In this document: in pieces, positions 30,289-39,689 of the stretch | Layout: every line of letters begins with the position of its first letter | Numbering within the stretch: position 1 is the stretch's first letter | DNA from: an uncultured delta proteobacterium | Lineage (GTDB): Bacteria; Myxococcota_A; Polyangia; Polyangiales; B10-G4 | Length of the DNA stretch: 64,000 nucleotides | Direction: 5' to 3' | Assembly: GCA_963727445.1 (NCBI GenBank) | Contig: CAVSGI010000009.1 | Span: 512,001 to 576,000 of the forward strand | Translations under genes and position numbers: made by a program | The notes under the pieces: model-generated | Told to the model about the DNA's origin: nothing | What the model saw: only the letters and a program-made list of their open reading frames with translations | Databases searched by the model: none

Positions 30289-31434
30289 TCAGTCGTCGAA
30301 GAAGGTGCTGATGGCCTTCGACAGGGCGCGGAGGGGCGAGCTCGTGTAGGGCGCGAGGAGATCCTCGTCCGGGTCCTCGCCCACGAAGGGCGCGGGGGCC
30401 GACAGAAGGATTTGCTGGGTATCTCCTGCGGGCGCGAACGCGGCGTAGCTCACCGGAGCCGCGGAACGCGACTGCGTCAGGGGCATGGGCGCGGTCGGCA
30501 CGAGCGGTACGGCGATATCGTTCGGCGCGACGCGCGAGAGCGGAATGACCGGCGCGGCGGTGCTCGCTTCCCGCTTGGGAAGCTGGAACTGCTGCGTCGG
30601 CTCGCGGCTCGGGATGTGGAGCACCTTCGCGAGCTTGGGTGCGGGTGCCGGCGCGACGCTGGCCAGCGATGCCCGTGGCGGCGGGGGCGCGACGCTCTTC
30701 TTCGGGGGCGGCGGAGGAGCGCTCTTCGCCCGCGCGGGGATCGGCGGCGGCGCGCTCTTGCGCTTCTTGGCGACGGAGGGAACGGGCGGCGGCACGCTCT
30801 TGCGCGCGGGCGGCGGCACGCTCTTGCGCGCGGGCGCAGCCTCGGAACGGCGCGCGACCTTTTTGCGAATGCCGCTCTTCTCGCCGGCGATCTGGCTCGC
30901 CGGGCTCTGGCTGGTCTGGCTCGCCACCTTCTTCGGCTTCGTCTTCGCCTTCTTCGCGCTCACACGCGCGCGGGCCAGCTTGCGCTGACGCTTCTCGCGC
31001 GCCGCGAGCTTGCGGTGCGTCTCGGCGACGACGAGCTCGGGCACCGGCACCTGCTCGGTGTGCTCCTCGACCTCGAAGGGATCCATCTCGATCGTGTCGT
31101 GCACCCCCTCGGTCGCGTTCTTGGGCGCCGGCGGCGCTTTCGACAGCAGAGCGCGGGCAGCCGAGGCGGGCGGCGGAAGACTGGCGCGGGGCGGAAGACT
31201 GGCGCGGGGCGGGGCGATGGGCCGCTTGGCCACGGAGCTGGTCGCGGGGCTCTTAAGCGTGCGCCGGGTCGGGGCAACCTGCTGCCGACTCTCCCGCGGG
31301 AGCCGCGGGGCGGCGGGGACCTTGGCGCTGGTGGCGGCAGCGGTCGGCCGTACGCGGACGTGGGAGGAGCGACCAGGGGAGGAGGTGAGCTTCGTCGGGG
31401 GCGGCGGCGTGTAGGCGGCGGCTCGGGAGGACAT
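30289..31434 (-). CDS. Pro/Ala/Lys-rich, likely disordered hypothetical protein
   Basis: Long ORF with coding-like codon usage; RASLPP, RKSVPPP and KSAPPP repeats. Confidence 0.65.
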   Translation of the reverse strand: MSSRAAAYTPPPPTKLTSSPGRSSHVRVRPTAAATSAKVPAAPRLPRESRQQVAPTRRTLKSPATSSVAKRPIAPPRASLPPRASLPPPASAARALLSKAPPAPKNATEGVHDTIEMDPFEVEEHTEQVPVPELVVAETHRKLAAREKRQRKLARARVSAKKAKTKPKKVASQTSQSPASQIAGEKSGIRKKVARRSEAAPARKSVPPPARKSVPPPVPSVAKKRKSAPPPIPARAKSAPPPPPKKSVAPPPPRASLASVAPAPAPKLAKVLHIPSREPTQQFQLPKREASTAAPVIPLSRVAPNDIAVPLVPTAPMPLTQSRSAAPVSYAAFAPAGDTQQILLSAPAPFVGEDPDEDLLAPYTSSPLRALSKAISTFFDD

Positions 31435-31566
31435 GGTGAGACGAGGAACTGCAAGGCCCAGGCCCAAAGAATCATCAATGATCTTCTCTCGGCTCCGGGT
31501 CCAAATGGAGCTCGGAGCGTTCCGGATTCCGCCTTCGGAGCAGCGTTGTCCCCCTCGCGTTACAGC

Positions 31567-32400
31567 TCAGCGAACCCAGAGGACGAGCTCGGTGACCGCG
31601 TAAGCGTCGTCGCTCGTGTCCTTCATGAAGCGGATCTCCAGGGGCCCGCTGGCCGGGGAGGCGAGGGTGACGTGGAATTCGCCCCCGGGACCGAGGGGCG
31701 TACACGCGCTGCCTCCCAAAGAGTCGTCGTCCCAGAGGACGTCCGGCTCGAAGTCGGGATCGAAGTCGTACATGGCCATGTTGTTCCCGGTCTCGCAGGT
31801 CCAGTCCTCGCCGATGAACGGGGGAGCGCCGCGCCCCCCGTCGCAGGGGCAGGCGTTGCCCGAGCCCTCCTGCACGTGCAGTCCGGCGCCCAGCGTGTAG
31901 ACGTGCTGGCGTGTCGTCGTCCCGGTGGTGATCGAGATCCCGTCGACGTAGACATCGTCGAGGGTCGCCATCGTTCCGAAGTAGGGCGCGAAAGCGTCGG
32001 GCGTGATCTGCTGGCGCCCGCGGGCGCGCCCCCAGACCTCCGTGTACTCGGCGACCGTCGTCACCGGCACCGACACCGTCTGGATGCCCTGCCGATAGAA
32101 AATGCAGCCGTCGATCTCCGTCGTGTAGTCGGCGCCGTCCGGGCACGTACCCATGCCGGGATTCATCTCGTAGACCATCACCCGATCCATGACCGGCGGC
32201 GCGGCGTCCAAGTCTGCGTCCGGCGTGCGCGCGTCGACGGCGGTCACGTCATTCGTCGCCACATCGGTCGCCGATCCATCCGCTCGCCCGTCCACCTCGA
32301 GCACCAGCCCGCAGCCCGAGGAGAGCACCAAGGCGAAGGTGAAGAGAGTGCGGAGGCGGGGGGACAACCTATGTGAATGGTACCGCGTTCCGGCGCCCAT
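31567..32400 (-). CDS. Lipoprotein with a domain resembling a sponge-expanded eukaryotic family
   Basis: LSSGC lipobox; YTEVWGR..TPDAF..YVDGISIT.G..RQHVYT..CPC..PPFIGEDWTCETG..LWD; true start probably downstream of 32400. Confidence 0.7.
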   Translation of the reverse strand: MGAGTRYHSHRLSPRLRTLFTFALVLSSGCGLVLEVDGRADGSATDVATNDVTAVDARTPDADLDAAPPVMDRVMVYEMNPGMGTCPDGADYTTEIDGCIFYRQGIQTVSVPVTTVAEYTEVWGRARGRQQITPDAFAPYFGTMATLDDVYVDGISITTGTTTRQHVYTLGAGLHVQEGSGNACPCDGGRGAPPFIGEDWTCETGNNMAMYDFDPDFEPDVLWDDDSLGGSACTPLGPGGEFHVTLASPASGPLEIRFMKDTSDDAYAVTELVLWVR

Positions 32401-34233
32401 TCAGAGTCCCGCCGTCGCCGCTGGCACCGGCAGCTCCGCCGAGTCGAGGTTGACGCCGTTGTTGCTGAAGCGAACCTCGTCCATGAGCCGCCCGACGTCG
32501 TAACCGGGCACCTGGACGTTCACGCCCACCGGGTTGTCGCTCACGAGCCCGTCGTGCAGGTCGAGCTCGCCGTCCACGGCGACCTGCGCGCCGACCAGCG
32601 CATTGCCGCTCAACTGGAAGCGCGTCGCCAGGAGGTGCCCGCCGAGGTATGCGCCCATCCCGATCCCCGTCGCCTCGCAATCCACGCCACAGCTTCGACC
32701 CAGCGTTCCCTCCACCAGGATCTCCTCGAGGGTCACGGTCGCGCCGGCGGCAGCGACGACCGCGACCTCGTGACTCCCCGCCACCTCGATGCGCCGGCCG
32801 GTGAAGGTGGCGTCGCGCTGGATCTGGAGCGCCCGACCGTAGACGCCGGTCGCGTCCGGCTGTGTGTCGCGCACGACCAGATCCTCGGCCGTCACGCTCG
32901 AGCCCTCGTCGGTCGCCAGCACGGCGGCCGTCCGTACACCCTCCAACCGCACCCGCGTGAGCACCGCGGTCGCGCCTTGCCCGATCTCGATGCCGTCGTG
33001 AACGGCGCCAGGCGCTTCGGCCCGAATGATGACGTCGGTCGCGTGCAACGTGCTCCCCGGATCCGCCGCGGCCATGGCGAAGGACCAGATCCGCCGGTGG
33101 CTGGTCCTCTCCAGCGTGATCTCGGAGCCATTGAAGGCGAGAAGGGCGCCGGAGAGCATGGTTGAGGACCTCGGTGAGCCCTCGATGGCCGCGTCACGAA
33201 GGGTGAGCACGCTGCCCAGCAGCGCCAACATCGTCCCATCGCCCACGACCGCCAGGCGCTCGAGGGTGGTGTTGCTGCCCGTGTTGCCGACGAAGACCTC
33301 CGGGTCGTCGCTGCGCGTCGCGACCACGATGTCGGCGAGCTCGATGGTGCCGGCAGAGCTCAGGGCGGTGTGCACCGCGCCGGTGCACGCCACCTCGTTG
33401 CCCATGAGCACGGCGGAAGGCGCCACGTAGAACGCGGTGCCGGCGACGTCGTGGAGCCTCAAGCGGCTGACTTGGGTCGTGCCTCCGGTCGTCGACAGGC
33501 CGGTTCCGCCGATGTCGTCGAAGACGACGCGATGGACCTCGAGGGTGCTCGCGATCGCGTTCAGCCCCGTCCCGGCGCTGGTGATGCGGAGGTTGTCCAC
33601 GATGGCGTGGGTGTTTTCGAAGCTGAGCGCGGGCTCGCGATCCGTGCCCGAAAGCACGACCTCGGCGCAGGCGCCGCGCAGCGAGACGTCGCGGTCGATC
33701 AGCGTCGCCTCGTAGGCGCCGGGGGCGATGGCGACGGCTCCACCATCCGGAGTCGCCGCGACGGCCTCGGCGAGTGTGCGAAACGGCGCGTCCTGGCTGC
33801 CGTCGCCTCCCGGGTCGGCGTCAGCGCGGAGAAAGACGACGGCGGTCTCGGGCACGTCGGTCGGCCACCCGTCGCTGGGGCATGCGGAGGTGACGCTCAC
33901 GCATCCATCGCCGCCGGGAAAGTGGGCCTCGGGCAAAGGGCAATCCTCGAGTCCCATCGGGTAGGGCTCGCAGATCGCCGGGCCGCCCTCGGAGGTCTCG
34001 CGCCAACCGGCCGGGCAGGGCGTCAGCTGCGGGGGCGCGGGCGCGGCGAGGGTGAAAGGGGCGGTTGCGTCGGCGTCGAGGGCGCTGTCGGCGGCACCAT
34101 CGCGGGCGTCGCGCCCTGTGTCCATCGGGCTCACGTCGTCCCCGCACGCCGAAAGCGAAAGGGCGAGCAGGATGAAAAGGGCCCCCACACCCTGCAGACT
34201 ACCTGGATGTGCGGTGAGAGATCTCCCAACCAC
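32401..34233 (-). CDS. Lipoprotein with right-handed beta-helix repeats (paralogue of 13777..15810)
   Basis: LALSLSAC lipobox (likely start GTG 34188); GGDGSQDAPFRTLAEA..IAPGAY; ends LMDEVRFSNNGVNL..LPVP. Confidence 0.8.
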   Translation of the reverse strand: MVGRSLTAHPGSLQGVGALFILLALSLSACGDDVSPMDTGRDARDGAADSALDADATAPFTLAAPAPPQLTPCPAGWRETSEGGPAICEPYPMGLEDCPLPEAHFPGGDGCVSVTSACPSDGWPTDVPETAVVFLRADADPGGDGSQDAPFRTLAEAVAATPDGGAVAIAPGAYEATLIDRDVSLRGACAEVVLSGTDREPALSFENTHAIVDNLRITSAGTGLNAIASTLEVHRVVFDDIGGTGLSTTGGTTQVSRLRLHDVAGTAFYVAPSAVLMGNEVACTGAVHTALSSAGTIELADIVVATRSDDPEVFVGNTGSNTTLERLAVVGDGTMLALLGSVLTLRDAAIEGSPRSSTMLSGALLAFNGSEITLERTSHRRIWSFAMAAADPGSTLHATDVIIRAEAPGAVHDGIEIGQGATAVLTRVRLEGVRTAAVLATDEGSSVTAEDLVVRDTQPDATGVYGRALQIQRDATFTGRRIEVAGSHEVAVVAAAGATVTLEEILVEGTLGRSCGVDCEATGIGMGAYLGGHLLATRFQLSGNALVGAQVAVDGELDLHDGLVSDNPVGVNVQVPGYDVGRLMDEVRFSNNGVNLDSAELPVPAATAGL

Positions 34234-34275
34234 GTCGACCCCGAAGTGCTATTCCGGCCGTTCTGGAGATACAGA

Positions 34276-35295
34276 ATGCGCGTACTTCCGGTCCTCTTGG
34301 CCTTCTTCGTCGCCGCTTGTAGCAATCCCACCGACACGCCGGCGCCTGATCCGGCGAGCGGCACCCTGTCGCACACCTTCCCCGGCTTCACGGTGATGGC
34401 CGGTCAGGAGATCGCCGACCAGTGCCAGAGCTGGACCGTCGGCAACGACCAGCCGATCTACGTGAGCCGCGTCAGCGAAGACAACGGAGGCGCCTTCCAT
34501 CACTCGAACTGGTTCGCGGTTCCGCCGAGCGCGTTCCGCGGGGAGGACGGAACCTGGACCTGTCGCGACCGCGGCTACGACGAAGCCGTCGCCGGCCTGG
34601 TGGGCGGCGTCTTCTTCGCGCAGTCGACCCAGGCGCTGGCGGAGGTGCAGCAGTTCGTGCCGGGGGCGGCGGTGTTGGTCCCCGCGAATTCGGTGATCGT
34701 CGGCGGTCTGCATCTGCTCAACGCGACGCCCTCTGCGGTGGACACGCAGATCCGCTTCGACATCGACACCATCCCCGAAGAAGAGGTCACCACCGTCCTT
34801 TCGGCGATGAGCTTTACCAACAACCACCTCGCCATCGCGCCACGCATCGAGTCACGCCATCGGATGGAGTGCGATCTCGACGAGACCTACCAGCGCGAGT
34901 TCGGCCACGGGCCCGACTTCGAGATCTACTACGTGCTCCCGCACTATCACGAGCTGGGCAACTACTTCCGTCTCGAGCTCGTCGGCGGTGAGCGAGACGG
35001 CGAGGTGCTCTACGAAGTCGATGCGGCGGTGGGCGACTGGCTCGGCAAGAGCTTCGATCCACCGATCGAGGTGACGGGCGCGACCGGGGTTCGCATGGTC
35101 TGTGGTTACGACAATCCCCGCGATGAAACCGTCGGTTACGGCATCGGTGACCAGGAGATGTGCGTCTTCCTCGCTTATACCAACAGCCCGCTGCGCTTCG
35201 GCGGGGTCAGCATGGACGCCGCCGACGCCGGTGACGTCGAGGGCATGCCCACCCGCGACTCGTCCTGTCAGCTCTTCTCGTCGCGTAGGCTCTGA
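34276..35295 (+). CDS. Lipoprotein, copper type II ascorbate-dependent monooxygenase (PHM/DBM)-like
   Basis: MRVLPVLLAFFVAAC; FHHSN, LHLLN, PHYH, QEMC copper-ligand pattern. Confidence 0.78.
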   Translation: MRVLPVLLAFFVAACSNPTDTPAPDPASGTLSHTFPGFTVMAGQEIADQCQSWTVGNDQPIYVSRVSEDNGGAFHHSNWFAVPPSAFRGEDGTWTCRDRGYDEAVAGLVGGVFFAQSTQALAEVQQFVPGAAVLVPANSVIVGGLHLLNATPSAVDTQIRFDIDTIPEEEVTTVLSAMSFTNNHLAIAPRIESRHRMECDLDETYQREFGHGPDFEIYYVLPHYHELGNYFRLELVGGERDGEVLYEVDAAVGDWLGKSFDPPIEVTGATGVRMVCGYDNPRDETVGYGIGDQEMCVFLAYTNSPLRFGGVSMDAADAGDVEGMPTRDSSCQLFSSRRL

Positions 35296-35336
35296 AAGCG
35301 CTCGAAACTCGCTCGGCGCCGGGTACGATCGGCGCG

Positions 35337-35822
35337 TTGAGCGACAAACGCGCCATCCTCGACGCCGTCCTCGCGAGCCTCGAAGCGGAGGTGGCGTCGC
35401 TCCTCGCTTCCGCCACCGCGACCTACGAAGGCGCGACTCACGAGGAAGCGAAGCCGGAAAACGACAAGGACACCCGCGCCCTCGAAGCGTCGTATCTGGC
35501 CCGCGGTCAGGCGAAGCGCGTCGAGGAGATGAACGAGACGATCACCCGTCTGCGCTTCATAGAGCTGCGCGAGTTCGGCCCGGACGACCCCATCGGGATC
35601 TCGGCGCTGGTGGACGTGGAGATCGATGGCGGGCGCGTGGAGCGGATGTTCCTCGTGCCGATCGGCGGCGGGCGGGAGGTCGAGGTCGGCGGCGCGAAGG
35701 TGCGGGTGGTGACCTCGGGCTCTCCGGTCGGCCGTCAGCTCCTCGGCAAGTACGAGGGGGACGACTTCGTGCTCACCATCGCCGGCAAGCGGCGCGAGTA
35801 CGTGGTCGAAGCGGTGCGCTGA
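35337..35822 (+). CDS. GreA/GreB-family elongation-factor-like protein
   Basis: ATHEEAKPENDKDTRALEASYLARGQ; C-terminal VVTSGSPVGRQLLGK. Confidence 0.85.
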   Translation: MSDKRAILDAVLASLEAEVASLLASATATYEGATHEEAKPENDKDTRALEASYLARGQAKRVEEMNETITRLRFIELREFGPDDPIGISALVDVEIDGGRVERMFLVPIGGGREVEVGGAKVRVVTSGSPVGRQLLGKYEGDDFVLTIAGKRREYVVEAVR

Positions 35823-35823
35823 G

Positions 35824-36528
35824 TCACGGCTGCGCGAGGGTCGCGAGGCGACGCGAGACGCCCTCGCGAATGATCGGCCCATGACCGGCACACAGCGTGC
35901 GGACCTCCGGGCCCTCGCGGAGGAAGGTCTTCACGGCGCGGTGGCAGGCCGCCACGTCGAGGCTGTACTCCGGCACCGCGAGCTTGAGGCTCACGCGGAA
36001 GCGTTGCACCGGAAAGCCCGCGAGGATCGCGTCGCCCGAGAAGAGTGAGCCGCTCGGCTCGTGGAGGATCAGCACCGAGCCTTCGGTGTGCCCGGCGACC
36101 TCGTGCGAGACGAATCCCCACTCGCCCTCGCTCTCCTCGAAGGACGCATCGACCTTCGAGAGCGCCGGGTAGCGATCCTCAATCATGCACAACAGGCCGT
36201 GCACGTGTGGCGCCCCGCGTCCGGCGAGGGGCGTGCGCGGGGCCGACTCTTCGAGGATCGCGGCGTCGTCGGGATGCGCCACCACCGGGCAGCGGAAGCG
36301 GTCCCTCAAGAAGGCCGCGTTGCCCGCGTGATCGGAGTGACGGTGGGTGAGCAGGATGGCCGTCAGGTCGCCCGGCTCGCGGACCCCGGCGCGCCGGAGA
36401 TCGGCGATTAGCCCGCGCCGCTCGGCGCGGTGACCGGTGTCGATCAGGAAGTGGCGGCCGCGTTCGTCGCAGAGCAGCCAGCTGTTCGCGATGCGTACCG
36501 AACGGAGTGCGTGGACGGAGAAGGTCAC
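35824..36528 (-). CDS. Metallo-beta-lactamase-fold hydrolase
   Basis: LIDTG, THRHSDHAG, GHTEGS, FSGD, GHG. Confidence 0.92.
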   Translation of the reverse strand: MTFSVHALRSVRIANSWLLCDERGRHFLIDTGHRAERRGLIADLRRAGVREPGDLTAILLTHRHSDHAGNAAFLRDRFRCPVVAHPDDAAILEESAPRTPLAGRGAPHVHGLLCMIEDRYPALSKVDASFEESEGEWGFVSHEVAGHTEGSVLILHEPSGSLFSGDAILAGFPVQRFRVSLKLAVPEYSLDVAACHRAVKTFLREGPEVRTLCAGHGPIIREGVSRRLATLAQP

Positions 36529-37370
36529 GGCGAGAGCATAGTCGAGGTATCGTTCGGCGGCTCTTGAAGGATTCGACCCGCAAGATTCTGATCGCCGTCG
36601 GCGTCGCGCTCCTGGTGGTGATCGTCACCTGCGGGGGCCTCGGCATCTTCGCCTACTGGAAGATGACCGCGTGCATCGCCGAGCTCGAAGAGCCGGTCGA
36701 GACGGTCGTCGCCGAGCTGCCGTGCCCGTCGGGGGGCCGCGTCGAGGTCGTCAATCTCCGCACGACCACCAACTGGCTCGAGGGTGTGTATCGAAACGAA
36801 GCCTTTCTCCGGTACCCGCCGATCGGTGCCGACGTGCCGGTGACCCTCGGGGGATTCCGCGATTTCCTTCCGGAGGCGCACACACCCGCCTATCGCATCG
36901 ACGGTGACGCGTCTGTCGACGGCTTCCAGGTCTACCTCGACCCGTCGGTGGTGCCCGCGGCCGGGGCTGATGCGCTCGAGGCGTGTTTGATCGGGCGAGC
37001 CGACGAGCTCATGACGGCGCTGCGGCTGGCCGACGCCCTCCACATTCCGCCCGACCCGTCGACGCCAACAGGTGTGGTGTATTGGCGCGCTTCCCGAGAG
37101 GACCTCGAGGTGACCTTCAGCGCGCCCACCGGAGAGACGATCGAGCTGAGCTCGCAGGGCAGTCTCGGGCTCCACGTTCCCGGCCGAGGCACGACCATCG
37201 GGGAGGTGACGCGGGGCGAAGACGGCACGCTCGAGGTCACCGTCGACTACAACCTCTACGCCTCCGGTCTCTCTACAACACCCGTGTCGAGCTTCCGCAC
37301 CGACACGGGCGAGACGCTGGAGCAGTGGTTTGGCGTGCCGCCCACCGTCGCGCCGGGCACGCCGCCCTGA
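36507..37370 (+). CDS. Membrane-anchored hypothetical protein
   Basis: TM ILIAVGVALLVVIVTCGGLGIF; true start probably near 36560. Confidence 0.6.
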   Translation: MRGRRRSRREHSRGIVRRLLKDSTRKILIAVGVALLVVIVTCGGLGIFAYWKMTACIAELEEPVETVVAELPCPSGGRVEVVNLRTTTNWLEGVYRNEAFLRYPPIGADVPVTLGGFRDFLPEAHTPAYRIDGDASVDGFQVYLDPSVVPAAGADALEACLIGRADELMTALRLADALHIPPDPSTPTGVVYWRASREDLEVTFSAPTGETIELSSQGSLGLHVPGRGTTIGEVTRGEDGTLEVTVDYNLYASGLSTTPVSSFRTDTGETLEQWFGVPPTVAPGTPP

Positions 37371-37376
37371 GCGACC

Positions 37377-37869
37377 TCAGAGCCGGCCGGCCTGGCGCAG
37401 CGCCATGCGGTAGCCGTTGCCGCGACGGTCGCGCGGGTAGTCCGCGAGGAACGCTTCCATCTGATCGAGCATCCGCGCTTCGTTGCCAAGAGCCCGATGC
37501 GCCTCGATCAGGCGCTGGCGCTCGGCCGCGCGCAAACCCTCCCGCTGATCGAGGGCCTGGACGATGCAAGCATCGGCGTCGGCCCCGGCCTCGCACCGGG
37601 CGACGGCGGCGGGAGGAGGCTCGGAGGGATCGAAAGTGGGGGCGGCCGTCGCGGTCTCGGTATCCGTCTCCGTGTCCGTGGCGGTCTCGGTCTCCGTGTC
37701 GGTATCCGTATCCGTCTCGGTCTCGGTCTCGGTCGCGGTCTCCGTCTCCGTCTCCTCCGTCCCCGAGAATCGTCGTCGTCTCCGTTCCGGACGTCTCCGT
37801 GGCGGGGCGTTCGTCGGAGCAGGCGCTCAGGCCGACGAGGGCCGCGGCGGTCAGCACCAGGCCACGCAT
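37377..37869 (-). CDS. Lipoprotein with TE/TD-repeat linker (frameshift near 37770)
   Basis: MRGLVLTAAALVGLSAC; removing one base gives ETETATETETETDTDT..APTFDPSEPP..RQAGRL* with TGA at 37377. Confidence 0.7.
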
Positions 37870-37871
37870 GC

Positions 37872-39179
37872 TCAGAGACCCGAGAGCTGCTGGCGGATGC
37901 GGCGGCGGTTCACGTGGCCCGTGCCGTGGAGCGCGCGCTCGTAATACTCGCGGGCCCGCGCGCGGTCGCGCCGAGCGAGCATGGCGTCACCATAGAGCTC
38001 GAGGGCTGCGCTGAGGTTTTCGTGCTGCTGAAGGAGGCGGTCGAGGAAGCCGACCGCCAGCACGTCGCGGTGCAGGCGCAGGGCGAGGCGCGCCGCGTCG
38101 AGCATCGGCCGCGGGTTGCCCTGCATCAAATCGGCGGCCTGGCGATAGGTGCGGAAGGCCTCCTCGTTCTGCGTCATCGCCTCGTAGAGCTTGGCCTTGG
38201 CCAAGACGGCGCCTGGGTGGTTCTCGACGAGCGCAAGTCCGCGGTCGAGCTCCGCCATGGCCGCTTCGTGCTCCCCGGCGGCGGTGAGGGCGCGCCCCAG
38301 GCCTACGTGAGCGTCCGCGTTCACACGCGATGCCTGGATCGCCGCTTCGTAGGCCGCGCGCGCGCCCGGGATGTCGTTCGTGGCGAGGAGCGCGTCGCCC
38401 AGCGCGATCTGCGCCTCGGCCCAGCCTGGGCGTCCTTCGGTCGCGCGCCGGAGGAAGGGAATGCCATCGCTGCCGCCGAGGGCGCGTCCCAGCTCGAAGG
38501 CGATCTCGGGATGACCCGCGTCAGGGCGTGGGCTCCCCGCTTCGAGCTCGCTCTTCTGATCGGCCGTACGCAGCGCCGAGACCGCGTCGTTTCGGCGATG
38601 GGCCGCGAAGTAGAGCCGGCCCAGGCCGAGGTGTGGCAGGGCGCTGTTCGGCTTCGCGCGCGCGGCGCGCTGGTAGGCGGACTCGGCGTCGCTCACCGCG
38701 TTGCGCAGGCGGTGGGCGTCGCCCAGGGCGAGGAGCGCCTCGAACTCTTCGGCGTTCATCGCGAGGGCGGCTTCGACCTCTTCGAAGGCGCGCGCGCTGC
38801 GGTTCCAGACGAGGAAGGCGCGCGCCTCGCAGACGTGGGCGAGGGGCGAGTCCTCGAAGCGGGCGAGGGGACGACACGCCGCGCGGGCGGGTCGGTACTC
38901 ACCTTCGGCGAAGGCCACCCGCGCGACGTCGAATACGCGCGAGGGATCGTCGCGGTCGAGGCGCGCCGCGGCTTGAAGCGCCCGCTTCGCCTCTCGGAAA
39001 TGACCCGCGCGAAGCAGCGCCAGCCCGTATCGGCTCTGCGCGTCCGCGTCCCGCCGATTCTGTCGCGCCCCGGCCGCGAGCCCTTCGAGGGCCTGCTCCT
39101 GTGCGGCGACCGGCAGAGCCACGGCCCAGAGGAGCGCCGCGATGATGATTCGGAATCCCACGTGTTTTTCCTCCCCCAC
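37872..39179 (-). CDS. Exported tetratricopeptide-repeat protein
   Basis: Signal peptide IIIAALLWAVALPVAA; multiple TPR motifs (ALLALGDA..AYQRA). Confidence 0.85.
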   Translation of the reverse strand: MGEEKHVGFRIIIAALLWAVALPVAAQEQALEGLAAGARQNRRDADAQSRYGLALLRAGHFREAKRALQAAARLDRDDPSRVFDVARVAFAEGEYRPARAACRPLARFEDSPLAHVCEARAFLVWNRSARAFEEVEAALAMNAEEFEALLALGDAHRLRNAVSDAESAYQRAARAKPNSALPHLGLGRLYFAAHRRNDAVSALRTADQKSELEAGSPRPDAGHPEIAFELGRALGGSDGIPFLRRATEGRPGWAEAQIALGDALLATNDIPGARAAYEAAIQASRVNADAHVGLGRALTAAGEHEAAMAELDRGLALVENHPGAVLAKAKLYEAMTQNEEAFRTYRQAADLMQGNPRPMLDAARLALRLHRDVLAVGFLDRLLQQHENLSAALELYGDAMLARRDRARAREYYERALHGTGHVNRRRIRQQLSGL

Positions 39180-39279
39180 AGGGCAGAGAGAGGGAGCCAG
39201 AGCCCCCCAGGGGCGCGAGTGGAGTGAGACGGCGCTCGCGCCCTTTTCTTCAGTTCTCCCACGGCTTTTACCGCCACCA

Positions 39280-39631
39280 GGGACCTGGTCAATGCAGGAG
39301 ATCGGCTCAGGCCCCCTTTGCGCTCGGTGGGCGGAGGGCGGCTGAACGTACTCACTGGGACCTGGTCAATGCAGGAGATCGGCTCAGGCCCCCTTTGCGC
39401 TCGGTGGGCGGAGGGCGGCTGAACGTACTCACTGGGACCTGGTCAATGCAGGAGATCGGCTCAGGCCCCCTTTGCGCTCGGTGGGCGGAGGGCGGCTGAA
39501 CGTACTCACTGGGACCTGGTCAATGCAGGAGAATCGGCTCAGGCCCCCTTTGCGCTCGGTGGGCGGAGGGCGGCTGAACGTACTCACCGGGACCTGGTCA
39601 ATGCAGGAGATCGGCTCAGGCCCCCTTTGCG
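39280..39631. repeat. Intergenic 77-bp tandem repeat, 4 full units plus a 43-bp partial unit
   Basis: Units start at 39280, 39357, 39434, 39511 (78 bp, extra A) and 39589 (partial); unit GGGACCTGGTCAATGCAGGAGATCGGCTCAGGCCCCCTTTGCGCTCGGTGGGCGGAGGGCGGCTGAACGTACTCACT. Confidence 0.97.
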
Positions 39632-39689
39632 TCGGGCGGCCCGAGCCGCTTTGACGTGGAAGGTGGGCAGTCGTAGCTTCCCGGCGCCC

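Noticed and set aside
31450..31465. Sigma-54-like GGGCCT-GGGCC-TTGCA upstream of the Pro-rich gene
   Set aside because: Weak -24 element, and it would leave almost no leader; likely chance in GC-rich DNA.
39280..39631. CRISPR array (43-bp repeat with 34-bp spacer)
   Set aside because: Spacers are essentially identical and there are no cas genes or AT-rich leader; it is a tandem repeat.
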